Shown one piece after another: positions 33,484 to 44,892 of a stretch of DNA of 64,000 bases. The translations under genes were made by a program, and so were the position numbers. Each line of letters begins with the position of its first letter. Position 1 is the first letter of the stretch. The notes below the pieces were generated by a model. It ran no database searches. It saw nothing but the letters and a program-made list of their open reading frames with translations, and had not been told where the DNA came from. Source of the stretch: Alloascoidea hylecoeti (taxonomy: Eukaryota); NCBI GenBank assembly GCA_001600815.1, contig BCKZ01000006.1, positions 434,001-498,000 of the forward strand. The letters are read 5' to 3'.

Positions 33484-34274
33484 AGTTAGAATACATTTAA
33501 TTATATTTATATAATTGAATAAAAAGTTTTGTTAATGATTATTTGCTTGTTTTATGCTTGTTACATGAATGCTAGATTTTTCTAAATTAAAGTTGAAAAT
33601 TTTAAAGCCAAATGTTTGGAACACAGCACAGATAGCAATATTAATGATGTGATGTAAATATATAGTTATAGATGTGATTCAAAATTATATGAGATTTAAT
33701 AATATATTGCTTATATAATTGAAAACTTATGATATATCGATTGTAATTAAAAACTGTTAAGTATGTATCATTGAGGTTGCAGGCTTATACATAGAAAATA
33801 CTATAATCTTAACTAGTTTACAGTTCGACTTGAAAAAAACGTTGAAGCATCGACTGACATCTTCATCAAAACAACTGAAGAAGCTGATTGTATTACCTAT
33901 TTTCTGACAATAGTCTTCAATGATAGAAGAAATTGTTCAATTTTAAATATTTTATAATCTCGAAATGTTCTCTTTAGTTTCTTCAGAGCATAACATAAAT
34001 ATATTAAACTTATAAATAACTTCTTTTTACACAATTAAAATTTCTATTTGTTTCATATGATGAAGAGAAATGAAGGAGTCAAAAGTTTTGACAAGTCATG
34101 AATCAAAGACGTATTATCATTTTATTATATGAGTATCATATATTATCAGTCAATTTTCAAGATAAAAAAATGATTTTATATATAAAATCAGATTAAATAT
34201 CTCTTTTACTATTTCTTATAATATTTATTTTTTCTAGAAAAAAAGAATTGAAACTGGTTAAATGATATAGTATA

Positions 34275-36002
34275 ATGATGTCTTTAAATGAAAATAAATC
34301 AAAGGATTCTGAATTTGAATCGAATATTCAATATGTGATTAATTCTCTAGATACAATTTCAGAAAATCACAATTCTCAATATGCTCTTGTAATTGTGAAG
34401 ACAGATGGAACACCTTTATATTTTGCTTCTGATGTTCTCAAGCCATTTGTTGATAAAATATTACCAATAGGTGGTACAGTCATGGATACTAGTATTGAAT
34501 TTCCTTCTTCTGTTGAGGAAGCCCTATTGACTCCAGATTCGATCGGCAGAAATAGAAGAAACTCAGATATTTATTCATTTTTTGGTTCCGAATTTTCAGG
34601 TATTGATCTTCCAACTACAAATATTGATGTCTCTATTTCTTCAAATGTTGAGGATTATCTTATAAAATGTTTTAGTCAACTTCAACAATTAACATGTTCA
34701 TTAATTTCAAAAATCTGGATAAAAATCTTGGAACCTAAGAAACAATCTAATTATCCGTATAATAGAGGAGATAGTTCCAAACCTAATTGGTGGCCTGTTA
34801 ATGTTAGACATCGAGAACCAGATCATTTGAAAAAGCCAGAAAGAGTTACTTTAATGATTTCAATTTTACGTGCTGCAGCTAAAAAGAAAAAAATAGGATT
34901 AATGAAAATGAATAAAATGACCAAAGAATGGAGTTTATCTAATAATGAATCACTTTCTATAAAAAAGAAATTGATCCTAGCAAGTGTCTATCATATTGTT
35001 GAACATGAAATGAGACATCAAAGACTCGGAGCAGATAAGAAAGTTGATGCTCTAAATATTATAAAAATAAATGAAGCAGAAAGAATGTTTGATAAGTCAT
35101 CACCAGAAAACTCTGATGTTGAAATTTCTCAAAATGTCATTAATATTGGTTCAACAGAGACAAATATTAATTATGAATCGTTTGAGGGAAACTACTCAGG
35201 ATCTTCTGATATTTCTTATGAATCTCCTCATTCATATTTAAATGGTATTTCAAATTCATCAATTTTTGGTTTAAATTCTGAGGAGTTGGATTTTGCGACA
35301 TCATTGGTAATGGCATCACCATCAAGCAGCCAAATGGGTACAACTAAAATGCCGTTACACCATTACAACTTTAATGGTCAAAGGGGGGATAGTCCTCTTC
35401 AATATAGTGCATCTATATTACAGGAACATGAAATGATTCCATCGCAGCTGTTCGATGAATTGCAACAAACACAAAGAGGACCAACGTTGGGGACTTTCAT
35501 TAATAATAATCATGATAATAATAATCATAATAATAATAATCATAATAATAATTTGGGGATCAATTCAACATCCCAAACGACAACCGGAGGAAATTCTGAA
35601 ACTCCGCCTAGGAAGAACCCCGGTTTTCTCAAATCTCCGTTTACGAGGACGTTCGACAGTGCGCTGAGTAATTTCTATTCTCAACAACATAGTGGAAGTA
35701 GTAAGAGACGAATAAGCAAATTGACGCATGGTAGTGGTAATAGACAGCCACTAGGTACAAAAGATGCTAACAAGAAACATTTATTTGAACGGATAAGAAA
35801 CTCTGATTCTTCTATTTTTAAAAATAAGAATCTTGGACATAATTCCAACGACACGAGGGCAGATCAATGGGAAAGGAAACCTTTTAAATTTGGAAGTCCG
35901 TTCAAAGAAGTTGATTCCCGAAAGTTACGGTGTAAAAGAGATGCGGAGGCAGTTGAAATGGAAGAAGAAGACTCGACAGCTACAGATGTGGACGATATGT
36001 AG
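34275..36002 (+). CDS. DUF2841 (YDR124W-like) domain protein
   Basis: 'QLQQLTC..I.K.WIK.LEPKKQ.NYPY......KP.WWP..VRH.EPDHLKK.ER' signature; Asn/His microsatellite at ~35501-35552. Confidence 0.85.
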   Translation: MMSLNENKSKDSEFESNIQYVINSLDTISENHNSQYALVIVKTDGTPLYFASDVLKPFVDKILPIGGTVMDTSIEFPSSVEEALLTPDSIGRNRRNSDIYSFFGSEFSGIDLPTTNIDVSISSNVEDYLIKCFSQLQQLTCSLISKIWIKILEPKKQSNYPYNRGDSSKPNWWPVNVRHREPDHLKKPERVTLMISILRAAAKKKKIGLMKMNKMTKEWSLSNNESLSIKKKLILASVYHIVEHEMRHQRLGADKKVDALNIIKINEAERMFDKSSPENSDVEISQNVINIGSTETNINYESFEGNYSGSSDISYESPHSYLNGISNSSIFGLNSEELDFATSLVMASPSSSQMGTTKMPLHHYNFNGQRGDSPLQYSASILQEHEMIPSQLFDELQQTQRGPTLGTFINNNHDNNNHNNNNHNNNLGINSTSQTTTGGNSETPPRKNPGFLKSPFTRTFDSALSNFYSQQHSGSSKRRISKLTHGSGNRQPLGTKDANKKHLFERIRNSDSSIFKNKNLGHNSNDTRADQWERKPFKFGSPFKEVDSRKLRCKRDAEAVEMEEEDSTATDVDDM

Positions 36003-36047
36003 TCTGAAAGTATCGATGATACCGTTTTAATAGGAGTATATAGTTAA

Positions 36048-36423
36048 TCCGATAATTATCGGACTTTGTTTTTACTTGCTGTCGTTTAAGTCGTTTAAGT
36101 CGTTCCTCTCGGTTTGGCTAGTTAGGCGACCCGGTAGACCAGCGGGGCGTAGTGCAGATGGCGGGCTCCTGAGGCACGCGTTTGTTTGGATCAAGTACCC
36201 GACGTCTGGACGAGAACGCCCGCCGATGTCGTTTATCTTGTCGGACACGGCGTGCGCCCGTGTGCAGGTCACATTCCCGAGCGATCGATGTTCGGGTGCT
36301 GACCTCCGCGACACCGGAGAGTTGGGTGGAGTTGGGTCCGACTCCAACCGGGGCGTATTTGGTCAGCTGTGGTAATCCCGGTTTAATAAAAACAGACCAC
36401 TTTAACTTTGGAAAGATATAAAA
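36048..36423 (+). promoter_or_regulatory. ERG25 promoter: Upc2/Ecm22-type sterol response elements, CGG palindrome, TATA
   Basis: TCGTTTA at 36082, 36091 and 36229; perfect palindrome TCCGATAATTATCGGA at 36048-36063; TATAAAA at 36417-36423; locally GC-rich. Confidence 0.65.
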
Positions 36424-36482
36424 AAGCAGGCTCGTCCACTTCGTCCACAAAACCAGTTTTTTTATTCCAGCCAAACACCAAA

Positions 36483-37448
36483 ATGGTCTCTTCTGTTCTC
36501 AACGCAACCGAAGTCTCCGCCTTGACCTTCTCCAGTCTGGTGCAAAACATCTCAATACACTACCCGGAGCTGAATGCACTGGAGCGTCTGTGGGCTACCT
36601 ACTATACCTACATGGGAAATGATATTTTCGCTACTGGCCTCTTATTTTTCCTCTATCACGAGTTCATGTATTTTGGACGGTCCTTGCCTTGGATGATCAT
36701 TGACCAAATCCCTTACTTCAGACAATGGAAACTACAACCGGATAAAGTCCCTTCTGCCAAAGAACAGTTTGAATGCTTCAAATCTGTCATGACCCAACAT
36801 TTGTTCATCGAAGCGATCCCCATCTGGACTTTCCATCCTATTTGCAGCTTGTTAGATATTTCAATTTCCGTTCCATTCCCTGCTTGGTCAACTATTTTAT
36901 ATCAGATCGCAATTTTTTTCGTTCTTGAAGACACATGGCATTATGTTTTTCACAGAATTTTTCACATTGGTCCATTCTACAAATACATCCACAAACAACA
37001 CCACAGGTATGCCGCCCCATTTGGCTTAACCGCTGAATATGCTCACCCAGTTGAAGTTGCTTGCTTAGGTTTTGGTACCGTTGGTTTCCCTATCATTTAT
37101 GCTGCTTTGACTCGTAAATTACACTTGTTCACTGTTATGCTTTGGGTTGCCCTTCGTCTCTTCCAAGCCGTTGATTCACACTCTGGTTACGATTTTCCAT
37201 GGTCTTTAAATAAATTTTTACCTTTCTGGGCTGGTGCTGAACATCATGACTTACACCATAAATATTTCATTGGTAATTACGCCTCCAGTTTTAGATGGTG
37301 GGATTATTCTTTAGACACTGAGGCTGGTCCTATTGCTAAACATGAAAGAGAAGCAAGACAGAAGAAAGCTATGGCTAGAGCTAATGCTAGAAAAGAAAGA
37401 TTAGCATCTAAATCTGCAAAAACTGGATTGAAATCAAACACAATATAG
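36483..37448 (+). CDS. ERG25: C-4 methylsterol oxidase
   Basis: His boxes HRIFH, HKQHH, HHDLHH; '[12 protein letters not shown]'. ATG at 36483; the ORF-track start at 36408 overlaps the TATA box. Confidence 0.97.
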   Translation: MVSSVLNATEVSALTFSSLVQNISIHYPELNALERLWATYYTYMGNDIFATGLLFFLYHEFMYFGRSLPWMIIDQIPYFRQWKLQPDKVPSAKEQFECFKSVMTQHLFIEAIPIWTFHPICSLLDISISVPFPAWSTILYQIAIFFVLEDTWHYVFHRIFHIGPFYKYIHKQHHRYAAPFGLTAEYAHPVEVACLGFGTVGFPIIYAALTRKLHLFTVMLWVALRLFQAVDSHSGYDFPWSLNKFLPFWAGAEHHDLHHKYFIGNYASSFRWWDYSLDTEAGPIAKHEREARQKKAMARANARKERLASKSAKTGLKSNTI

Positions 37449-37909
37449 TTGTTTATATATAATTATAATCTCTCTTTATACATGAGGAAATTGAAGAATT
37501 TGAAATGAATACAATAGATAAAGTCATTTATTTAATTTTTACTTCATTTTGCTCACAATACATTTTGTTAAGGTTGGTGTCTTTCTTTTCTCTTTTATCT
37601 CTATACTTTATTATCTTCTAATTCTATACTTTAAATTATAAACATACCATACATATTTGTATATTTTTAATCACAGAATATATTACATTATATAACATAA
37701 ATATATAGATTAACAACATTAATTAATGTGAACGTTATTACAAATTTCAATTTCAATATCAATATTTTGCGATTTTATTTCTAGATCGATCCGATATCGA
37801 TAAGATCCACCCTTACATTTTATTTTCAATAGTGGCAACATCCAAGCGCCTTTTGTATAATTGTAACCACAATACAGTACCTATCTCTCCATAAAAAAGA
37901 AATATAATC

Positions 37910-40558
37910 ATGGAATTAAATAGGGGCACATTTATCCTGTTAATATTCATCATAATATTTCTACTACCTAGCCCTTATTCCCGAACGGCACTTACCTCAG
38001 ATGATAAGAAACTAATACAAAAGTTCTATGAAACAAACCTATATGAAAGGGATGTGCTTCAAAATTCTACTTTTGAATCAGGATATGGTAATATAACTGG
38101 ATTCAGATTAAGTTATAAAGATGTTTTGCTTGGTAAAAACGACTCCAGCGATTCAAGTCATTTAGAAGGAATTGGTGATACTATATTACCACCAGAAATT
38201 GAAAAGGAAGCTATTCATATTTGGAACAAAGAAACTGAGGATGAGGATGATGATGATACGAAACAGATACAAAATGAAGAACACTACAAAGTGGAACGTG
38301 AACATGAACACGACGACGACGATGATGATGATAATAAAGAAGATGAATCTCATAAGCACGATAAACGAAGTAAACTTTACAAACTTAAAGATGAAGAAGA
38401 TCATTATAAAGCATCTAAAAAACGCTCACCTTTCCTTAACGTTACTGGAACGGTTAAAGGAGAATGGAAATCTTTTGATAATAAAGGTAAGAAGTTTGTT
38501 AATATACCAATGTATGTTCCAAAACCATTTTCCCGGGCAAGATCAAGTAAATTTGCAGACGGATTTACAATCTTACCAGATGATAATCAATCTGAGAAAG
38601 ATACAGACAAAGGATTTGAAGATTACGATCATGGTTTTAAAGATGATAATTTCTATATACCTTTGGATGATAACAATATTGATGATGAAGTATCAAGAAA
38701 TAATGGTAATATTACTGTAAATAAGGGGAAAATACGTGTTGAAGTATATGATAGTAAACGACCAATAGAAGCTACAAAGGCAACCGACACTTCATTTGTT
38801 GGAATTTCAATTACATTAAAAGACACAAAGGATTTAGAAACACATACTCTTGAAATGAAAGGTGTTCATTTTCATGATTCTGGGAATGTAATCTCAACAA
38901 CTAATTCTCTTAAATTTGGTGGAATTTATGGTTTACCACATCTAATGTTTGATTCAAATCATTTTGAACTATCAAAAGATTTACTTCTCGCTGAATTAAA
39001 CAAAACCTTGGAAAAAGAAAAAGAAAAATTGAATGATAAAGAATCTCTTTCAACAGCTTTAGAAGCATCTGATAAATGTGAATATATTGCATATTTACAT
39101 TATTATAAGACACACCTTTCAAAAGATGAATTGAAAACAATTGATAAAGAATTAATGAATCCTATAGGAAGACCACATAAACCTATTCCAAAACTTGAAG
39201 TTACTGGACTATTATATTCACCAGATTGTGGGATTGCAATTAGTGTAAACAAAGCAGAAGGTGTAAGAGAACAAGTATATTGGGCAAAAGCAAAAGCAGT
39301 GGTTTTTGGAATTATATTTCTATTCTTAGCCCAAATTATTTTCTTTATTAGACAAATGAATGATTCAAATACCCCTTCATCAATGTCTATGATTAGTTTT
39401 TGGTCTCTTGCATTAATCAATTTAGTTGATGGGTCATTTTGTATGGCATTTTTATTATCTTCAATAATATTCGAATATATTTTCTTACCTTTAATTGCAG
39501 CAGCATTTTTGGCATTCACTTTGGCAACAGTTTTTGAAATGAGATATATGCTTTTAGTTTATAATTCTCAAATAAATGAAGTACCAATGAGTCTTGCAAC
39601 TGCGATAAACAGAAACAGAGATGAATCAGTTAATAATAATAATGTCGGAACTGCTGCTGTTCCAGGTGAGCCTACATTACCAACAACAAATCCTCCACAG
39701 CCTATAACACCAGCTCCAAATCCAGTAACTTTAGTTCCAGGGGAGCAAAGTACGGCAAGTACGCTTTATATTCGATTTTATTTTGCGTTATTATGTTTCA
39801 CTTTTATTGTTATAAATTCTTTGAATTGGTCAACATATGCTCGTTATCCGTTCGAGTATGTGATATTACTTTTAATTAATTCATTCTGGGCTCCTCAAAT
39901 TTATAGAAATATTAAACGGGGATGTAGACGGTCGTTTAAATGGGAATTTATTTTAGCTACATCCTTTATTCGAACAACACCGGTGATATATATATGTTTC
40001 ATTGATTTTGTTTTTGGTCATAGATATGAACCTATCTTATGTTACTCGATCATTGGATGGATTTGGTTTCAAATATTGATTTTAGCTTGTCAAGAGATAT
40101 TTGGTCCTAGATTCTTATTGCCCAAATCTCTTCTACCAAAATCTTATGATTACCATCCAATTCTCACACGGTCTGACCTCGAGAATGGATTTGGCATTGA
40201 ATTTATTGATGATAACGGTGATATCAATACCGTTGAAACTGGATCACCCCAGGAATCCAACAAAGAAACAAATGAGACAACATCCTTAATTAATGGGGGA
40301 GCATCTTTACATCAAATCAGACATGATGAACACAGTGGGCATTCAGTTGTTGATTGTGCTATTTGCATGAGTGCTGTTGAATTGGTTGTACTTTCATCTA
40401 AAGACTCTTTACATACAAATTCTCCACAGAATGTATTAGCTAGAAGGAGATATATGGTTGCACCATGTGGGCACATATTTCATACTGATTGTCTTGAATC
40501 GTGGATGAAATATAAATTGCAATGTCCGGTGTGTAGAAGTTCTCTTCCACCATTGTAA
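37910..40558 (+). CDS. TUL1: DSC complex transmembrane RING-H2 E3 ligase Tul1/Dsc1
   Basis: Signal anchor, 'GNITGFRLSY', 'YSPDCG', multiple TM helices, C-terminal 'CAICM...PCGHIFHTDCLESWM.YKLQCPVCR..LPP'. Confidence 0.93.
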   Translation: MELNRGTFILLIFIIIFLLPSPYSRTALTSDDKKLIQKFYETNLYERDVLQNSTFESGYGNITGFRLSYKDVLLGKNDSSDSSHLEGIGDTILPPEIEKEAIHIWNKETEDEDDDDTKQIQNEEHYKVEREHEHDDDDDDDNKEDESHKHDKRSKLYKLKDEEDHYKASKKRSPFLNVTGTVKGEWKSFDNKGKKFVNIPMYVPKPFSRARSSKFADGFTILPDDNQSEKDTDKGFEDYDHGFKDDNFYIPLDDNNIDDEVSRNNGNITVNKGKIRVEVYDSKRPIEATKATDTSFVGISITLKDTKDLETHTLEMKGVHFHDSGNVISTTNSLKFGGIYGLPHLMFDSNHFELSKDLLLAELNKTLEKEKEKLNDKESLSTALEASDKCEYIAYLHYYKTHLSKDELKTIDKELMNPIGRPHKPIPKLEVTGLLYSPDCGIAISVNKAEGVREQVYWAKAKAVVFGIIFLFLAQIIFFIRQMNDSNTPSSMSMISFWSLALINLVDGSFCMAFLLSSIIFEYIFLPLIAAAFLAFTLATVFEMRYMLLVYNSQINEVPMSLATAINRNRDESVNNNNVGTAAVPGEPTLPTTNPPQPITPAPNPVTLVPGEQSTASTLYIRFYFALLCFTFIVINSLNWSTYARYPFEYVILLLINSFWAPQIYRNIKRGCRRSFKWEFILATSFIRTTPVIYICFIDFVFGHRYEPILCYSIIGWIWFQILILACQEIFGPRFLLPKSLLPKSYDYHPILTRSDLENGFGIEFIDDNGDINTVETGSPQESNKETNETTSLINGGASLHQIRHDEHSGHSVVDCAICMSAVELVVLSSKDSLHTNSPQNVLARRRYMVAPCGHIFHTDCLESWMKYKLQCPVCRSSLPPL

Positions 40559-40737
40559 ATATAGTCAGACATATGTAAACATGATTTTCATAGTTAGGGG
40601 TAGGGAATAGATATTTTACAACATGCATCTAATTTAATCAAAGAACACGATACAGGGAGTTTTAGTGATACTATTTCATTTCTAATATACTTTTGTATTA
40701 CAGAAGTAATATATTTTTTCAAATTACATTATTTAAC

Positions 40738-41346
40738 TTATTTCTTTGCAGTGAGCCTTCTGACGTAGAACGCAAGTTCTTCACCTTCCAAAATGTAACC
40801 ATCACATCTACCTGATTGTCCAGGTCTTGAAGAGATGGCAGCATAAAGTCTACCAGCACCGAATTGAGCTTCTAAGGCTTGTTCGACTTTAGAGGCTTTC
40901 TGTCTTGAGGCTAACTTTCTTTCTAATTTCTTTGATTTTGGAGCAGCTTCTTCAGCTTCTGCTTGCTTACCCTTCTTCTTTCCTAAAGTATGACCGTATT
41001 GGGTTTCGTAGTATGTTCTGAATGGAGTAGCATCGATTTGGACGATGGCAGATTTTGTCAAAGTGTTTGTTCTGACTAACTCGTTATTAGAAGGATGATA
41101 GACGACAGAAGCAACTCTTGTCTTTCTTGAAACACCTTCTGATCCCCATGAAAAGTTACCAGTGTCAATTCTTAATGCACGGAACTTGGTATTACCACCT
41201 CTAGTTCGGACAGTATGGATTCTCTTGGCACCAATACGAGTGTTAGCTGGTTGACGACCTAACTCAAACTTTCTCTTCTTTCTGTAGTGGGCACGTTTGG
41301 CACCAGTGTGGGAACGCTTATGGCGTGAATCACGAGAAATACCCAT
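40738..41346 (-). CDS. RPS8: 40S ribosomal protein eS8
   Basis: [11 protein letters not shown]...[20 protein letters not shown]. Confidence 0.99.
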   Translation of the reverse strand: MGISRDSRHKRSHTGAKRAHYRKKRKFELGRQPANTRIGAKRIHTVRTRGGNTKFRALRIDTGNFSWGSEGVSRKTRVASVVYHPSNNELVRTNTLTKSAIVQIDATPFRTYYETQYGHTLGKKKGKQAEAEEAAPKSKKLERKLASRQKASKVEQALEAQFGAGRLYAAISSRPGQSGRCDGYILEGEELAFYVRRLTAKK

Positions 41347-41652
41347 CTAGAGTAAATGTTAGAACTGATTAATTTTAAATGCATAAAACGTTTAATTAAT
41401 GGTATAGAAAAAAAGTGGTGCAGCATCATGAAGAGTTAAATCATAAGAATTTAATTGTTTGGGTATTAGCAATAGAATATGAAATATCATTCATATATAT
41501 ATTCGTTTCAATTCTCACTTATTTTTCAATAGCACGCGCACGATACTGATAAGATCAAACTATTTGTATAGTATTCTCTCATGACATTCATCCACATTTC
41601 CATCCATATATTTAAAGCGATGTATCTTTATTATATTGTTGTTTTCACTTAC
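41347..41652 (-). other. 5'-UTR intron of RPS8
   Basis: On the minus strand: donor GTAAGT at 41652, branch TCTAAC, acceptor TAG immediately before the ATG. Confidence 0.8.
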
Positions 41653-41744
41653 CTTGTTGTTTGTCGAGTAAGATAAATCGAAATCTGTATAATTCTTTAC
41701 TGTGAATATTGTCTAGCATGCTGAAATATTATATGTTCTGTCAG

Positions 41745-41840
41745 TTACCCTACGCCATTACAGCTGTGTGACTGTTTAGCGCAATGAAGTTTGGATGTTA
41801 GGGTTTTGCCCAGCTTAAACGCATCCGCTTTCACACGTGA
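41745..41840 (-). promoter_or_regulatory. Ribosomal-protein promoter elements: Homol-E-like, Homol-D, Tbf1, Cbf1
   Basis: ACCCTAC ~41747, TGTGACTG (=CAGTCACA) 41767-41774, TTAGGG 41798-41803, CACGTGA 41834-41840. Confidence 0.7.
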
Positions 41841-42289
41841 TTTTCTGAAGTTTTCAAAAAATCTCTATATATAATGATTAAACTTCCTTTTCTCTTCAAT
41901 ATTATAAGAATAGGAATTCAGCAGAAAGTTATTTTTATTTACAGTGTTAAGCACTTATATAAATTAAGACTTAATAAATACAAAAAAAGAATCCACTTAT
42001 ATATTTGGTTTGGTTAATGGGAGCTGTTGCCCCGCTATAGCGCTAGGTTATCTGATTACTATACTCGTACGATTTATGAATACATTAAAAACAAGTTGTT
42101 TAAATTCATTTATCTTTTAAATTTGTATGATGATGAGTTAATAATTTTTAGTTTAACTTGTAAAATATATATAATATAAAAGTCATCTATTAGAGCTGGA
42201 ACTATTATATCGTCCAGCAGCTCTCGTTCTCACGTTTTCCAAAGATAGTTTATATCTTTTCGTTTATATCTTTTCTCCTCAGTCTATAG

Positions 42290-43425
42290 TTAAACAGGGG
42301 CGTTCCTAAACAAATAAGATACACTTTCACCATTGTGTAATCTCCGGACACTCTCAGCCAGAACACCGCTGATATCAAATGTATCTAATTTAGGACATTT
42401 CTTAGCCTTCTCAACAAAATTAACAGTGTTTGAACAAACAACACGATCGAGTTTTGATTTATTAATATTTTCAGTGGCCTTACCACTTAATATACCGTGT
42501 GTAACGATAGCTATGACTCCTTTAGCTTTATGGGATAATAAGATATCTGCCGCTTTTGCTAGAGTACCGCATGTATCAGCCATATCATCAACAATGATGC
42601 AAATTTTATTTGTAACATCACCAACGAGGACCATTCGAGATACCTCATTTGCCCTGGCTCTCTCCTTATGAATCAAAGCAAAATTTAAATCCAATCGATC
42701 TGCTAAACCAGCAGCACGTTTAGCACCACCAGCATCAGGAGAGATAATGATCGCTTCTTTCTTATAACTAATGTTTTCCTTGATATATTGAACGACACTT
42801 GGTTCAGCGTATAAATTATCTACAGGTACATCAAAGAAGCCTTGAATTTGACTGGCATGTAAGTCCATAGTAATGATATGATCACAGCCTGCGGTTTGTA
42901 ACATATCAGCCATTAATTTTGCAGTTATAGGAGCTCTTGATTTATCTTTTCTATCTTGCCTTGCATATGGGAAGTTTGGAAGAACCGCGGTGACCCGTCT
43001 AGCCGAGGCGGTTTTACAAGCATTTATCATAATCAAAAGTTCAAAAACTTTATCGTTAACTTCGTCTGAGCCGATTTGAAATAAAATGTAGACTTGAAAA
43101 CATCTGTTAATAAGAGTATCGAAACATGAAAGGATTTTAATAAATCATACCATCTTCATCTCTAACCGATTCACCAATTGTGATTGAAATCTCTTTATTT
43201 GGTTCCTTTGAAATATCAAGTTTACACAGTTTTAGACCGAGTCTAAATATTTTTTGGTTAATACAAGAAATATTTGTTGGACGATGGGATGAGAATCGTT
43301 TGAAAACAATGAAATTAAAATGGGGTTCCCATTCTTAGGGGATATAAAAACAATTACCTTCTAGCAACAAGCTGAGCAAGACCGTTTGTTTCGCTGGATA
43401 GGAGTTTTATGGAGTTTGTGGACAT
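42290..43425 (-). CDS. PRS3: Ribose-phosphate pyrophosphokinase (PRPP synthetase), 3 exons
   Basis: Exons 43425-43358, 43242-43151 and 43092-42290 give 320 aa: MSTNSIKLL..., [28 protein letters not shown]. Confidence 0.93.
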
Positions 43426-43939
43426 GATATGGAAATTGGAAATAATTTGAAAGAGGTGTAAAACTTGATGATTCGGTTAAAACCCCAACATAGGAATTAT
43501 GTAATTTATGTGCAGTGCGTAGTAAGCAAGCACGCTAACGATATTGCTTTCAACAGGAAGTATCTTCTTTTCAAACAACCTGCTAACGTATTGATACTGT
43601 GTTGTAACGTATATTGAGTAAGATCACTGAAAAGAACGTTAATAGTTCAAGTATTGTTTGTGGCGATGTCAAGATTATTAATTAAATCGAAGTCTCATAA
43701 TAATTATTGAACACATTCCCAGATTTCGCATTGACTTATTTTAGTACTCAACAACATCTTTCCCAAGTTCCAACGACTTCCTTCATTTATAATTATAATC
43801 GTATTGACATGCTTTGTGATTAATGCTAGCCTAAATTCTACTATTACAATTATCACTGTAATTATACCTAGAAAGTTTATCGTCATGTGACACGGAGTAT
43901 ATGATCATCTCTCTTTTCTTCCTTTCTATTCCCACAAAA

Positions 43940-44649
43940 ATGTCTAAAATTACGCCACAGGTTGCCTATGCTTTAGAGGTTGTGGTAGCAAAGTTAGAGA
44001 ACAGAAAACCTGCTTCTCTTGATAGCTTTAAGGCTTTGATTCCTAACACTATTGAAGAGGCAGAATGCCCGTTATTTGTAACCTTCGATAAGATCAAGAG
44101 AAATCAAAAGCGCTTACGGGGTTGTATAGGGGTATTTTCACCACAAAAGTTGGAGTCAGGAATAGAGAGTTATGCTCGTTTGGCGTGAGTGTTGCTTCAA
44201 ATAATGTAGTAATAACGACTGCTAATTGATAAATTGAATAAGTGCGTTTGAGGACCCTAGATTTCCCCCCATTACTTTGCAAGAGGTTTCAGATCTTCAG
44301 TGTAGGTGAGTATTAACAAGATATACTATGATATAATTATATAGTGATATTAACACAAATTAGCCTGACACTTTTGACCAATTTCGAATATGCTAAAGAC
44401 CCTCTTGATTGGGAGATAGGCAAACACGGGATTAGGATTTTCTTCAAGATACACGGTATGAGATATTCGGCCACTTACCTTCCCGATGTGATGCCAGAGC
44501 AAGGATGGACTAAAGAGGAAGCCTTGGATAGTCTTGTTGAAAAGGCAGGAGCTTCGGGAGATTGGAAGACGTTAAATATCAAGTTACAAAGATATCAGGG
44601 TCAAAAGTCTAAGATTAATTATTTGCAGTATAAAGAACTACTATCATAG
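43940..44649 (+). CDS. AMMECR1-domain protein (YOR289W-like), 3 exons
   Basis: Exons 43940-44184, 44243-44305 and 44364-44649 in frame (197 aa); LRGCIG, AAFEDPRFPPI, ATYLPDV..EQGW. Confidence 0.92.
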
Positions 44650-44892
44650 AATATTATTATAGAATATTATCATAGATCGTTATCACAGAATACGATCATA
44701 GATTGTTAAAATGTACAGCAATGGATATTGGGCTTATAATTTCGTAGAGTTGATCATGCTTGTGATAACCGGTGATAAGGAACTAAGAAAAGAATTGGTA
44801 CACACCCACACCTACATGTACTTGTACTTGGACATTTAATCCTACGTCTTCTTCCTCTTCCCAAGCACAAACATTTGTCTTTAAGCTGCAAA

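Noticed and set aside
36072..36474. Four overlapping short ORFs on both strands
   Set aside because: By-product of the GC-rich ERG25 promoter; no protein motifs.
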